DNA of 64,000 nt from Bacilli bacterium (lineage in GTDB: Bacteria; Bacillota_I; Bacilli_A; RFN20; CAG-826): the NCBI GenBank assembly GCA_041653015.1, contig JBAZGG010000002.1:36378-100377 (forward strand), written 5' to 3'. A program made the position numbers and the translations under genes. This document shows positions 19,283 through 30,143 of this stretch, piece after piece. Under the pieces are notes generated by a model. The model saw only the letters and a list, made by a program, of their open reading frames with translations. It was not told where the DNA came from and did not search any database. Numbering within the stretch: position 1 is the stretch's first letter; each line of letters starts with the position of its first letter.

Positions 19283-20536
19283 CTATTTCAGTTCCACTAA
19301 GTAATAATTCTTTTTACCGCGGCGTATGATGACATATTCGCTAAACATCGTGTCTTTTTTGCTCACGATTTTAGATAGATCAAGACACTTCTCCCCATTG
19401 ATAGAAATGGAACCATTACCGATGAATTCTTTCGCTTCTCTTTTTGATGATGCCGCTTTGATTGACACCAACAACTCGTCAAGAGCAACGTCGGCATGTG
19501 CCCTAATTTTTAATGAGCCAAGTAGCTCTTCAATATTATCTTTTGATAGTTGTTTGACATCTCCAGAAAATAATACTTCAGACATCATTTTTGCTTCCTG
19601 AGCTTTTTGTTTGCCGTGCACGAGGGTGACTAATTCCATAGCGAGAGTTTTTTGGGCGATTCTCGCACCGAGGTTTTCTTGATGTTCTTTGCTCAATGAA
19701 GAAATTCTCTCGCTATCGAGGAAAGAAAATATTTTTAAATATTTAATAGCGTCTTCGTCTCCGACATTAATAGAATATTGATACAGTTTATAAGGCGATG
19801 TCAATTTTGAATCAAGATACAAAGCGCCACCTTCTGATTTTCCAAATTTCTTACCATTGCTATCCAAAATCAAATGAGTGGTCATGGCTCCCACTTCCGT
19901 CTCATTTCCTTCAATCTTTCTTATTAGTTCAAGCCCACTAGTTAAATTGCCCCATTGATCACTTCCGCCAATTTGAATATTGCATCCAAAGTTCTTATGC
20001 AGAGTATAGAAATCGATCGCTTGCATGATCGTATAAGAAAATTCGGTATAGCTAATACCGCTTTCTAATCGAGAAGCGATAATCTCTTTATTCAAAAGGT
20101 AATTAACCGGAAAATATTTACCAAAATCGCGAAGATAATCGAGCATGTTCATCGAACTAAACCAATCATAGTTATTGATGAGAATTCCTTTTTGTGGATC
20201 TTCTAAATCTAAAAACCGCGATAGTTGTTTACGAATCGCTTGCGTATTTGTCTCAATAGCTTTTTTATCGAGAAGATTTCTCTCCTTAGATTTTCCACTC
20301 GGATCGCCGATCATACCGGTTGCACCACCGACGACAGCGACAATTCGATGACCAGCTTTTTGAAAGCGCATTAGAATGGTGATTGGAACTAAATTGCCGA
20401 TGTGCATCGAAGCGGCACTAGGATCAAAGCCACAATATATGGTCTGTTTCTTTGAAAGCAACTTTGACACCTCATCCTCACTAGAAAAATCTTTGATTAG
20501 ACCACGATATTTTAAATCGATTAGAATGTTTTCCAT
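19283..20536 (-). CDS. tyrS: Tyrosyl-tRNA synthetase
   Basis: Class I HIGN and KFGKS motifs, with a C-terminal S4-like domain. The start was chosen at the ATG at 20536, after AAAGGAG, 2 nt beyond the LacI-family stop. Confidence 0.92.
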   Translation of the reverse strand: MENILIDLKYRGLIKDFSSEDEVSKLLSKKQTIYCGFDPSAASMHIGNLVPITILMRFQKAGHRIVAVVGGATGMIGDPSGKSKERNLLDKKAIETNTQAIRKQLSRFLDLEDPQKGILINNYDWFSSMNMLDYLRDFGKYFPVNYLLNKEIIASRLESGISYTEFSYTIMQAIDFYTLHKNFGCNIQIGGSDQWGNLTSGLELIRKIEGNETEVGAMTTHLILDSNGKKFGKSEGGALYLDSKLTSPYKLYQYSINVGDEDAIKYLKIFSFLDSERISSLSKEHQENLGARIAQKTLAMELVTLVHGKQKAQEAKMMSEVLFSGDVKQLSKDNIEELLGSLKIRAHADVALDELLVSIKAASSKREAKEFIGNGSISINGEKCLDLSKIVSKKDTMFSEYVIIRRGKKNYYLVELK

Positions 20537-20538
20537 AT

Positions 20539-21540
20539 TCACTCCTTTGTTGAATTTCTTTTAATATATTTAGATTCAAATCGATAAGTCTTCTCTAGAA
20601 GTTCATGATTTGACAAATCGATCAGCATATACATGGCTCTTTTCCCGACTTCTTGCATGTCGAGTGACAAGCTTGAAATGGTCGGTCGAATAATGGTGGC
20701 ATATTTCGTTCCTATGACGGACAGAACTTCAACATCGTTAGGAACGCTTAATCCTGAATCGGTTGCGGCGTTTGCGATAGCGGCGGCAATAGAATCTCTC
20801 GCAGCGATAAAATAGCCAGATTTAGTCTTTTTGAAAAACTCTAGGAAATCACTGTATGTTCTCGTATATGAATCATCGACATTAAAAATGCGATACGGCT
20901 TATTAAGAGAATCGTGCAAGCTGATAAAAGACTTTTCAATTCTTGTAAATAATCTCCCTGCGTTATGAACGTGTAAAAAGAAGGCTAATTTATCTCCACT
21001 ATTGGAATAATAATTGGTCAATATCTTCTTCAGAGTGTTCTCGTATGAAAAATTGATACAACCGACTCGATCACCTGTAATTTTATTGTTTATAACAATA
21101 GTAGGAACTGAATAAGAATTGATTTTTTCAATATCATCTATATCGAGTTCATCATCAAAAATGATTGCCCCATCGACATGGGACGTGATAACTTTTTCAA
21201 CCATACTAATCGCGTCATCATGGCTATGAGATGTCACGAATAGTGTGAGAACAAATCCTTTTTCTTTTGCAACGTCAGTAATCCCATTCAACATATTCGA
21301 AATATAGACATAATTTGCCGAAGGAATGACAACGCCAATATTGGTTGTTCTATTTGTGGCCAGCGCTTGAGCGAGACCAGACGGCTTATATCCGAGTTTT
21401 TTGATGGTTTCCTCGACTTTTTTTCTCGTCGATTCCGTTACGTTTCCTTGCTTGTTTATAACGCGAGAGACGGTGGCCAAAGATACTCCGCTCGCCTTTG
21501 CAACTTCATAAATCGTCACTCTCTCTTTTAAATTATTCAT
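20539..21540 (-). CDS. LacI-family transcriptional regulator (CcpA-like)
   Basis: N-terminal HTH VTIYEVAKASGVSLATVSRVIN plus a periplasmic-binding-fold effector domain. It sits upstream of tyrS, as ccpA does in the Bacillus region. The start was set at 21540; the alternative at 21561 is possible. Confidence 0.8.
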   Translation of the reverse strand: MNNLKERVTIYEVAKASGVSLATVSRVINKQGNVTESTRKKVEETIKKLGYKPSGLAQALATNRTTNIGVVIPSANYVYISNMLNGITDVAKEKGFVLTLFVTSHSHDDAISMVEKVITSHVDGAIIFDDELDIDDIEKINSYSVPTIVINNKITGDRVGCINFSYENTLKKILTNYYSNSGDKLAFFLHVHNAGRLFTRIEKSFISLHDSLNKPYRIFNVDDSYTRTYSDFLEFFKKTKSGYFIAARDSIAAAIANAATDSGLSVPNDVEVLSVIGTKYATIIRPTISSLSLDMQEVGKRAMYMLIDLSNHELLEKTYRFESKYIKRNSTKE

Positions 21541-21577
21541 AGAATAAACACCCCAATCCAACTTTTTTCATTATAAA

Positions 21578-21612
21578 TGAAAATATTTTCATAATCAATG
21601 AAAGCATTTTCA
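21578..21612. promoter_or_regulatory. Tandem 14-bp cre-like palindromes (candidate LacI/CcpA operator pair) upstream of the LacI-family gene
   Basis: TGAAAATATTTTCA is a perfect palindrome at 21578-21591. TGAAAGCATTTTCA lies at 21599-21612, one mismatch from the cre consensus. The two sites are 21 bp apart start to start. Confidence 0.55.
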
Positions 21613-21622
21613 TAATCGATTA

Positions 21623-22729
21623 TCAATAGATGGGATAAGGGACTCGTTTTAATCTATTCGAATGAACATCTCGACGACCTTCTTTAGCTTCGGGATTGCC
21701 ATTCAACATCACTAGATCACCTGTATAGCCAACAGTCATGTTGTTTATAAATGCCGTGCCGACACCATATAGATCAACAGGGACGCCAAGTCTCACCCAT
21801 TGGTTAATCTTCTCGGCCGTAAATGAACTAGACACAACAATTTTAACATAATTAAAACCATCGTCATCGAGAGCTTTACGGAGAGCAAAAATCAACTCTT
21901 TACAAACGCCATGTGGATCAAACCCGCTGGTATCTTTATCATCGAAATAGTGATCGACGAGCGCTTTTGATGTATCGACGCGAACAGCGTGAAGAACTGG
22001 TCCTAGATGGCGAGCTAAAAGCAAAGAATCAGTGATCACATCATTGTTGTAATCGATGAGAGCAGTAACTTTTTCATCTGGAAAGGTTTGATGATAGACG
22101 TCGGATGCTTTGCAGATATCGCCGCCACATACTTGTATGAGAGCGTGTGGCATCGTACCCATTCCTTTGCCACCCCACCAAAATCCTTGAGCATCAGTAG
22201 ATACTCTTTTTACTCCAGCGATATACGTGGCGTATCCGTCACCGATTTGTGTCAGATAGTCATCTTGTCGATCAGCCATTGAGAATATCGGTTTTCCATT
22301 TAACACTTTAACAACCCAATACACATTAGTAGCCACGCTCGACCTCCTGGACAAAATACCATCGATCATGCTCTCGAGAAAGCCGAATGTTTCATATATG
22401 CCAGTTATTTTTAATACTGGTTCATTAGCAGTGATGATGTCGCCATCGTTCAGAGCATCAATCTCAAGTTTTTCAGGATGATCAGCAAAGGCGTGGACAA
22501 GGGCGATCGATTCATCAATTCCACAAGCCATCGCATCATCTGTTCTTTGAAAAAACTGCATAGTGACAGTCTGATAAGGACATTTTTTTTGAACAATCTC
22601 TCTCGTTTTTAAAAAATAATTGGCGGAATAAAAGCCTGTTCGTAATTTGTTATCAAAACGAAAGGTTTTATTGGTTAAACGAGATATCTTCCCCTGCTCT
22701 TTAAGCGCTATTTCCAATTCTTCCATCAC
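21623..22729 (-). CDS. Nicotinate phosphoribosyltransferase family protein
   Basis: NAPRTase-like N-terminus (YSANYFLKTREI...), 368 aa. Confidence 0.6.
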   Translation of the reverse strand: MMEELEIALKEQGKISRLTNKTFRFDNKLRTGFYSANYFLKTREIVQKKCPYQTVTMQFFQRTDDAMACGIDESIALVHAFADHPEKLEIDALNDGDIITANEPVLKITGIYETFGFLESMIDGILSRRSSVATNVYWVVKVLNGKPIFSMADRQDDYLTQIGDGYATYIAGVKRVSTDAQGFWWGGKGMGTMPHALIQVCGGDICKASDVYHQTFPDEKVTALIDYNNDVITDSLLLARHLGPVLHAVRVDTSKALVDHYFDDKDTSGFDPHGVCKELIFALRKALDDDGFNYVKIVVSSSFTAEKINQWVRLGVPVDLYGVGTAFINNMTVGYTGDLVMLNGNPEAKEGRRDVHSNRLKRVPYPIY

Positions 22730-23808
22730 TCTCTCTCCTTTTTAAATTTATCGATCTGTTCTTTATTGAGATGATCGAGCATATAGACTAGCGAACGCTT
22801 TGCTGCTAAATAATCCTCAACATCTATTATAGAACTTGGGCTATGAATGCCGCGAGCACATATGCAATGCGTGATGGTTAAAACTCCATCGTGATTCTTA
22901 TGAATCTCACCAGCATCCGTTGATCCAGGAGAATCAAAGTATTGATATTTCGAATTCGTTTGTTTACAAGCGTCAATTTGAAAGGCTAATAGCTCAGGAA
23001 AGGCGATCATCGATTTATCAAAATAGCGGATGAGCACTCCTTCACCCAGCTTGCCCCAATCATCTGTTGTTCCATTTGAATCGCGCGCCGGAGAACAATC
23101 TAAAACGATGGCGAGATCAGGTCCGATGGAGTTTGAAGCTGTCACAGCGCCTCTTAATCCAACTTCTTCTTGAACAGTACCACCGAGATATAGATCGAAT
23201 GGGTATTCTTTATTGCGTATTTCTTGCAGTACATCGACGATCAAGGCTATGCCGTAGCGATCATCAAAAGCTTTGCTGAGCAATCTTTTCCCATTGTTAA
23301 GCACTTCGAATCCACCATCTAGGACGATCATTGCCCCTGGATAAACACCGGCTCTAAGAGCTTCTTTATCAGACGTAAAACCGAAATCGAAGCATAAATC
23401 TTCAATGTTAATATTTTTGCTTTTATCGTCGAGAAGATGCGGAGGAATTGCCGAAATTGTGCCATGGATGTATTTCCCGCGCTTCGTTTTCATACTGACG
23501 CGATGCGCTTGAAGAGAATACTGTGATATTCCACCGATTGGGGTGCACGTCAAAAGACCGGTTGAATTGATTTTAATCACGAGGAATCCAACTTCATCCA
23601 TATGCCCACAAATCATGATTTTTGAAGCATTGACAATCTTTGATTTTTTTATAGCAAAAACTGACCCTAGATTGTCGGTCATAATTTCAAGATTTTGTTT
23701 GTTAAAACAAGTGATCAGATATTTAGCCACTTCGTTCTCTTGACCTGAAATCGCATGTAATTGCGTTAAATTCTCAAGCGATTTAATCTGCTTTTTTCCT
23801 AATAGCAT
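22726..23808 (-). CDS. M42-family aminopeptidase (glutamyl aminopeptidase/YsdC-like)
   Basis: Shows M42 family-wide similarity, including the HMDEVG metal site. Confidence 0.75.
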   Translation of the reverse strand: MLLGKKQIKSLENLTQLHAISGQENEVAKYLITCFNKQNLEIMTDNLGSVFAIKKSKIVNASKIMICGHMDEVGFLVIKINSTGLLTCTPIGGISQYSLQAHRVSMKTKRGKYIHGTISAIPPHLLDDKSKNINIEDLCFDFGFTSDKEALRAGVYPGAMIVLDGGFEVLNNGKRLLSKAFDDRYGIALIVDVLQEIRNKEYPFDLYLGGTVQEEVGLRGAVTASNSIGPDLAIVLDCSPARDSNGTTDDWGKLGEGVLIRYFDKSMIAFPELLAFQIDACKQTNSKYQYFDSPGSTDAGEIHKNHDGVLTITHCICARGIHSPSSIIDVEDYLAAKRSLVYMLDHLNKEQIDKFKKERE

Positions 23809-23811
23809 ATC

Positions 23812-24432
23812 CTATTCCTTTCTTGCCACGATACGGTAGATTATCTGGCCGTTTTTCCGAAATTGTTTTTCATATTCGCTCATGGCGTCAAATTCATCAT
23901 CACCAGCATAATTGTCATTCGTTGAAACCAATTGAAATGGTGATTCTTTTATTGCGAGAAGACTGAATTCATACAAATCCTTTTTATCAGTCTTGACAAA
24001 GAGGCATCCTTTCGAATGAAGCATACGAGCATATTGTATCAAATTATCAGAATAAGTGAGACGTCTTTTCGTGTGCCTTCGCTTGGGCCAAGGATCAGAA
24101 AAATTGAGAAAAATTGAATTAAAAGAGGCATCGGGAATGACATCAAAAGTTTGAGCTATGTCACCGACATATAAGCGAATGTTCGTCAGACCTGAATCGA
24201 CAATTTTTTTCGCTGCAATACCTGACACAGTCATGTTTTTTTCGATGCCGAGGAATTTCAAATCAGGGAACTTGGTCGCTAAAGAAATGATGAAATCTCC
24301 TTTTCCGAAACCTATTTCGAGATGAACATTGCCACTATCAAAAAAACCATTAGAAAAATCTAATTGAGAAAAAACCAGATCAGAATGTTGATCGATGTAT
24401 GGCTTGGCCCACGCTTTATACTTCACTCGCAT
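23812..24432 (-). CDS. trmB: tRNA (guanine46-N7)-methyltransferase
   Basis: SAM-MTase motif LEIGFGKGDF, 206 aa. Confidence 0.85.
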   Translation of the reverse strand: MRVKYKAWAKPYIDQHSDLVFSQLDFSNGFFDSGNVHLEIGFGKGDFIISLATKFPDLKFLGIEKNMTVSGIAAKKIVDSGLTNIRLYVGDIAQTFDVIPDASFNSIFLNFSDPWPKRRHTKRRLTYSDNLIQYARMLHSKGCLFVKTDKKDLYEFSLLAIKESPFQLVSTNDNYAGDDEFDAMSEYEKQFRKNGQIIYRIVARKE

Positions 24433-25783
24433 CTTTAAGAGTCCCTAATCGATATATGGCATCAGCGTATATCGCAATGCACTTATAAAAGTTTTTAATA
24501 TTCATGTATTCATCAGGTTCGTGCATATGAGTATTCTCATTTGGAAACGTTGGGCCAAAAGCCACAGTGTTTTTGGCTTCTTTTGCATAAGTGCCACCGC
24601 CGAGAGAAATCGGCTTTGCTCTTCTGTCCTTGACATAGTCAATATACGTATTCAGCAACGTGGTGACCAAAAATGACTTTCGATCGAAGAGCAGCACATC
24701 ACTTTTAGATAGCAATTTCGTCTTCGTTTTGAGCGTGGAATCATATTTTTGAATCGTGAGAGATGCATCAATTTTTTCAGGGTAACGAAAGTTAGTGACA
24801 TATTCAATAATCCCATCTCGATATTTAAGAATTCCAATATTGAAAGTCGTGTCGCCCAGATCAGATGAGGTAGCAAAACATCCAAATTTTCGACCAGATG
24901 AGTCCTGAATCTTGTCCACGAAAGATTTTAAGTCCGATATTTGGAAAAAATCAGCGATGGCATTCAAAGAGATAATCGCCGCATTTTTCCCAAGTTCTGG
25001 AACAGAACCATGGGCAGATTTTCCTAAAAAACGTATCATCTGACCTGTTCTCATAAATTCAATCTTGCGATCATCAAGAAAACTAATGAATTCCTGCGGA
25101 ATCTCGTCAAATACGACATCGGCCCTATCGATCACCGCATTAGTAACCACTCCAGCATCAATCGATTTGATATTTGGCAAAAGTATCGAAAAAGTCGATT
25201 TAAAATTCGCGATGCCTTTTTCACCATATACGACGGGAAAATCGGCATCAGGAGTCATTCCATATGTAGGGATTTCACCATGATAGACATCGAAATAATA
25301 ATCTAAGCACGAAGATCCTCTTTCTTCATCGCCTCCGACCACGAATTTAACTCGAAAATCTCTGATTAAACCATTATCTTTTAGAAGTTTGATAGCGAAA
25401 AATGAAGCGAGCATAGGACCTTTGTCATCGCTTGTCCCCCGACCATAAATCTTTCCATCTTTTATAAAGGGAATAAACGGGTCGTTTGACCAGATGCCTG
25501 TGGGTGGAACGACATCAGCATGAGAATATACAGAGATTAAGCGTTTGCCTTGACCGAAAGATAGTTCAACGGCACGCCCATCTATATTCTTTCTTTCAAA
25601 ACCAAAAACATCGCCGAGATGATCGACCGCCTTGAGCATTTTGGCTACACCTCGACCGTATGGCTCATCGCCAGAGATCGTTTTTTCATCATAAACGGAA
25701 TCGATCATGATAAATTCCATTAAGGTGCCCAAAGCAAAATCGTAATATTTAGCCGCTAGTTTTTCAAAATTAATTCTAGGCAT
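24416..25783 (-). CDS. M20-family dipeptidase (PepV-like)
   Basis: Motifs HADVVP and GRGTSDDKGP, 455 aa. Confidence 0.8.
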   Translation of the reverse strand: MPRINFEKLAAKYYDFALGTLMEFIMIDSVYDEKTISGDEPYGRGVAKMLKAVDHLGDVFGFERKNIDGRAVELSFGQGKRLISVYSHADVVPPTGIWSNDPFIPFIKDGKIYGRGTSDDKGPMLASFFAIKLLKDNGLIRDFRVKFVVGGDEERGSSCLDYYFDVYHGEIPTYGMTPDADFPVVYGEKGIANFKSTFSILLPNIKSIDAGVVTNAVIDRADVVFDEIPQEFISFLDDRKIEFMRTGQMIRFLGKSAHGSVPELGKNAAIISLNAIADFFQISDLKSFVDKIQDSSGRKFGCFATSSDLGDTTFNIGILKYRDGIIEYVTNFRYPEKIDASLTIQKYDSTLKTKTKLLSKSDVLLFDRKSFLVTTLLNTYIDYVKDRRAKPISLGGGTYAKEAKNTVAFGPTFPNENTHMHEPDEYMNIKNFYKCIAIYADAIYRLGTLKDASEV

Positions 25784-26549
25784 GTGTTTTTACCTCGCTT
25801 TTCTTATAGATGATCGCTAGACCATCAATCGACAAATTTTCATCATAGATATAATCGCAAAAAATACTGCGAAAATGTTGTGCGTTGCCGCCCGTTAGAA
25901 CTACTTTAGCATCATAGCCTAACTCTTTAATAAAATCAGAGATCAAGCCTCTAACCAAATGGTTTGTGCCATAGAATATTCCCGAACTGACACTCTCTTT
26001 TGTGCTCTTGCCGATCACACTGCCAATTTTTTCCAATGAAACCGATGGTATCAATGATGTGCTCGATGATAAAGAGCGAAGTGATAATCCAACACCAATC
26101 GTTATTACGCCACCGATAAAAATTCCATTTCTGTCAACCGCAAAAATTTTGTTGGCCGTCCCTAAATCCACAATGAAAATTGGATAGCCATATTTTGTTA
26201 CTGCTCCAACGGCATCGGCCACGAGATCGCTGCCCAATTCTTTTGGTTGATCAATCTTTATCGTCAATCCAGTTTTAATACCGCTTTGGAGCAATAAAAC
26301 ATTGATACCTGTGCATTTAGTAACCATCGCTGAGATCGTCTTTGTCAAAGAGGGAACAACGCTCGAAAGAATACAATCAGAAATGTGACCAACCAAAACA
26401 TTTTCTTTTAGAAAAATTTTGAAGTTGAGCGCATATTCATCAATTGTTTTATTCAAATCAGTAGCGATTGTGTGCGTGCATTTAAGCTTGTCATTATCAT
26501 AAACACCAAATTTTATCATGGTGTTTCCCATATCGATACAAAGCAGCAT
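25776..26549 (-). CDS. coaX: Type III pantothenate kinase
   Basis: Reads MLLCIDMGNTMIKFGVY. The start was chosen at 26549, after GGAGGA. Confidence 0.85.
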   Translation of the reverse strand: MLLCIDMGNTMIKFGVYDNDKLKCTHTIATDLNKTIDEYALNFKIFLKENVLVGHISDCILSSVVPSLTKTISAMVTKCTGINVLLLQSGIKTGLTIKIDQPKELGSDLVADAVGAVTKYGYPIFIVDLGTANKIFAVDRNGIFIGGVITIGVGLSLRSLSSSTSLIPSVSLEKIGSVIGKSTKESVSSGIFYGTNHLVRGLISDFIKELGYDAKVVLTGGNAQHFRSIFCDYIYDENLSIDGLAIIYKKSEVKTHA

Positions 26550-26661
26550 AGAACATCCTCCGCTTCCACCTTCAAAAAAGTGTGGTGCGCCTATATTATA
26601 CACGCTTCGCGTATTGCGCGCACATCTTGTTAATTAAACAAAATAAACATAGAATAAAGGC

Positions 26662-27756
26662 ATGCGAAACAACAAAATTAAAAAAATCATAGCGATCGCC
26701 TTGGCTGGAGTCATTTTGGGTGCTTGTTCAACAACTCCTCCCGAGCCAACGGTGGACGAACTTAAAGGCGTGATGATTTCTGCGGCGGAAAAAATGTCCA
26801 AATATTCAGCGATCGCCTATGAAGCCCCTATCTTTGAATTCAGTCTGTTGAGCGATACCGGGGATTCCATATCACTAACAGAGAGAAAAGATAGCATTCC
26901 GTTTTCAAGAAAAGCGATTAACATCGATTCTATATATGATTCAGATATCATATCGTGTGGGAGCGTAAATGGGACATTGATTTTTAAATGTCCGAGTTTT
27001 GATACCCCTATTTCGATTCCTGGTTCATATAGCGCCGACTACTATCGCGAAGAAAATATTCTCTATCTCACCTTGGATGAGAAGACTGTCAATCTGATTG
27101 AGGATTTAGGCATTTTTGAAGAAGGAACGAACTGTTCAAAAATAAAATTTGACGATGAAGATTTTGCTTTGGTTGAAGAGATTATTGCTGCTGCTATCAG
27201 CGAATTCACCGGAATCGAAATAGATGAGAATATTTTTACTTTTAATACGCTAGTTTTTTTACTTCATCAAATCGATAATCAAGACATCGTTGATTTTATC
27301 AATTCCATGCCAGACCCCACTGGAACATTTAACAAAGAGAACAACACTTATTCTATTCACTACGATATCGATAAGAAAACATTAGTTACAATGCTCGTGA
27401 ATGACGAACTAGAAAAAGAAGGTCTGACGAAAGATACAGCGACGCAGGAACACATCGATGAACTAACAGAAAAATATGAAGACGAATTACAATATGCTGA
27501 CATCAATCTTTGCAGAGTTGATTTTTTAATAGAGAATAGCGAGATTGAAAGCGTCGAATTCAATGTGGAATTGTCTATCGATAGCGAGAGCTTTAAAGGA
27601 ACATCCACTTCGATTGCCCACATCGATTATTTAGCCTTCGATGACGATGTGAAAATAGACGTGGAAATCAATAAAAATGACTATGTCGCATTTAAAGATT
27701 TATTGCTCCATGTCGTGATCGAATATAAGCGCAAAACTAATTCGCGACAATATTGA
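26662..27756 (+). CDS. Hypothetical lipoprotein
   Basis: Signal peptide with a lipobox (ILGAC). The mature protein is acidic. No recognised domain. Confidence 0.6.
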   Translation: MRNNKIKKIIAIALAGVILGACSTTPPEPTVDELKGVMISAAEKMSKYSAIAYEAPIFEFSLLSDTGDSISLTERKDSIPFSRKAINIDSIYDSDIISCGSVNGTLIFKCPSFDTPISIPGSYSADYYREENILYLTLDEKTVNLIEDLGIFEEGTNCSKIKFDDEDFALVEEIIAAAISEFTGIEIDENIFTFNTLVFLLHQIDNQDIVDFINSMPDPTGTFNKENNTYSIHYDIDKKTLVTMLVNDELEKEGLTKDTATQEHIDELTEKYEDELQYADINLCRVDFLIENSEIESVEFNVELSIDSESFKGTSTSIAHIDYLAFDDDVKIDVEINKNDYVAFKDLLLHVVIEYKRKTNSRQY

Positions 27757-30139
27757 TAATCCTATTCTTAACAACGATGACTTTGCGAATAGTTTTACCT
27801 TCAATATGACGTTTTACACTTTCTAAAGAAAGTGCTTCTTGTTTTATATATTCATCTTCGCTGTCGATTGGGCACGTGATTTGCGCGCGAACTTTTCCAT
27901 TGACCGTCACTGCAATTGTGACATTTTGCAAGACTAGTTTTGTCTCATCATAGCGTGGCCACTTTTCATAGGCGATGGTGCGCTTCGCACCGAGCGATGA
28001 CCAAATCTCTTCACCGATGAAAGGACAGATGCATGAGAATACTTTGCAAAAATCTTTCATGTAATTCACATATATACTCTTAGCTTTGTACACTTCATTG
28101 ATAAAAATCATCATTTGCGAAATGGCGGTATTGAAGCGCAGATTTTCAAAATCATCATTAATCTTTTTAATTGAAAAATTAAAAATATAGTCGAGTTCGC
28201 CAGAATTATTCTCGGAAAACTTAGCCTTCATCTCATCGCTCATGTATACGCGATAAACGCGATCGATGAATCTTCTTGCGCCATCGAGTCCAGCATCAGA
28301 CCATGGAAGAGATGCTTCAAGAGGTCCCATGAACATCTCATATAAGCGAAGGGCATCAGCGCCATATTTTTCTATCACAACATCAGGATTTATAACATTT
28401 CCACGCGATTTTGACATCTTTTCGCCATTGTCGCCGAGTATCATGCCTTGATGAAATAATTTTTTGAAAGGCTCTTCAGATGAAGTGATGCCAATATCGT
28501 GAAGAAATTTATACCAAAAGCGCGCATAGAGCAAATGTAGAACAGCGTGTTCGCTACCACCGATATACAAATCGACGGGAAGCCAGTGATCTATCAATTT
28601 TTTGTCCGCAATGGCATGATCATTTTTCGGATCTAAATAACGGATGAAATACCAGCATGAACCAGCCCATTGAGGCATCGTATTCGTTTCGCGTCTGCCA
28701 CGTTTTCCATCCACGACGACATTGACCCAATCAACCGCTTTAGCTAACGGTGATTGTCCATCGCCTGATGGAGCGTAATTGTCAAGATTTGGCAATATCA
28801 ATGGAAGCTCAGAGTCTTTTAAAACATGATAGGTATTATCTTCCAATTCGACAATAGGTATCGGCTCGCCCCAGTATCTTTGACGAGAAAAAAGCCAATC
28901 GCGAAGCTTGTAATTCGTTTTCATTTCACCAAAACCGAGCTCGGTGAGTTTTTTAATCATGATCTCTTTCGCATCATCTATATTGAGACCATCAAGAAAA
29001 TCGCTGTTGATATGCTTTGCGTCATCTTCCATTGCACGCTTTGAAATATCTCCTTCGAGCACTTGAATCATCGGCAGATGGTACTTCTTTGCGAATTCAT
29101 AGTCCCTTTGATCATGAGCGGGGACAGCCATAACAGCGCCGCTGCCGTATGAATTCAACACGTAATCAGCAACATATATCGGAACTTGTTTTCCGTTGAT
29201 TGGGTTGATGGCAAATGCGCCTAAAAAGACCCCAGTTTTATCTTTGTTTAACTCGGTTCTCTCCATGTCGGACTTCGCCACCACTTTTTTGACATAGTCA
29301 ACTACCTCCTGCTTTTTAGCCTCATCAACAATCTCCATCACCAATTCGTTTTCAGGAGCGAGGCAACAGTAAGTGCAGCCATACAGAGTATCGACACGCG
29401 TTGTAAAAACTTTAAAGGCCTTCTCAAAATTAAGAATTTTAAATGTGACAAGAGCTCCAATTGATTTCCCGATCCAATTGCGCTGCATCTCAATGGTTGA
29501 TTTAGGCCAATCGAGACCGTCGAGGTCATCGAGCAAGCGATCTGCATAAGCGGTAATTTTTAAGACCCATTGTCTCATCGGAATTCTCACGACTGGAAAA
29601 CCGCCTCTTTCCGATTTGCCATCTATCACTTCTTCATTTGCCAAAACAGTGCCGAGTTCAGGGCAATAGTTGACGGGAAGATTGCTTACATAAGCTAAAT
29701 CATGCTCATATAGTTTGGTAAAAATCCATTGCGTCCATCTGTAGTATGATGGATCGGTCGTAGATATCTCTTTGCTCCAGTCATACGAAAAGCCTAAAGC
29801 CTTTATTTGATGGCGAAAATTATCGATGTTTTTACGAGTGAATTCATCAGGGTGCTTGTTGCTTTTTAAAGCATATTGCTCAGCGGGTAAGCCAAAAGCG
29901 TCCCAACCCATGGGATGAAGAACGTTAAAGCCTTGCATTCGTTTCATACGCGCGACGATATCCGTGGCGGTATATCCTTCAGGATGCCCGACATGAAGCC
30001 CTTGAGCGCTCGGATATGGAAACATATCCAAGGCATAAAATTTCGGCTTAGAAAAATCATATACATCGCAATAGAAAGTTTTGTTATCATCCCAATATTT
30101 CGCCCATTTATGTTCTATTTTTTTATGATTGTATTCCAT
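27737..30139 (-). CDS. leuS: Leucyl-tRNA synthetase
   Basis: Motifs HVGHPEGY and KMSKS, with a CP1 editing domain, 800 aa. It starts 4 nt after the glgA stop. Confidence 0.93.
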   Translation of the reverse strand: MEYNHKKIEHKWAKYWDDNKTFYCDVYDFSKPKFYALDMFPYPSAQGLHVGHPEGYTATDIVARMKRMQGFNVLHPMGWDAFGLPAEQYALKSNKHPDEFTRKNIDNFRHQIKALGFSYDWSKEISTTDPSYYRWTQWIFTKLYEHDLAYVSNLPVNYCPELGTVLANEEVIDGKSERGGFPVVRIPMRQWVLKITAYADRLLDDLDGLDWPKSTIEMQRNWIGKSIGALVTFKILNFEKAFKVFTTRVDTLYGCTYCCLAPENELVMEIVDEAKKQEVVDYVKKVVAKSDMERTELNKDKTGVFLGAFAINPINGKQVPIYVADYVLNSYGSGAVMAVPAHDQRDYEFAKKYHLPMIQVLEGDISKRAMEDDAKHINSDFLDGLNIDDAKEIMIKKLTELGFGEMKTNYKLRDWLFSRQRYWGEPIPIVELEDNTYHVLKDSELPLILPNLDNYAPSGDGQSPLAKAVDWVNVVVDGKRGRRETNTMPQWAGSCWYFIRYLDPKNDHAIADKKLIDHWLPVDLYIGGSEHAVLHLLYARFWYKFLHDIGITSSEEPFKKLFHQGMILGDNGEKMSKSRGNVINPDVVIEKYGADALRLYEMFMGPLEASLPWSDAGLDGARRFIDRVYRVYMSDEMKAKFSENNSGELDYIFNFSIKKINDDFENLRFNTAISQMMIFINEVYKAKSIYVNYMKDFCKVFSCICPFIGEEIWSSLGAKRTIAYEKWPRYDETKLVLQNVTIAVTVNGKVRAQITCPIDSEDEYIKQEALSLESVKRHIEGKTIRKVIVVKNRIINIVAN

Positions 30140-30143
30140 ATTG

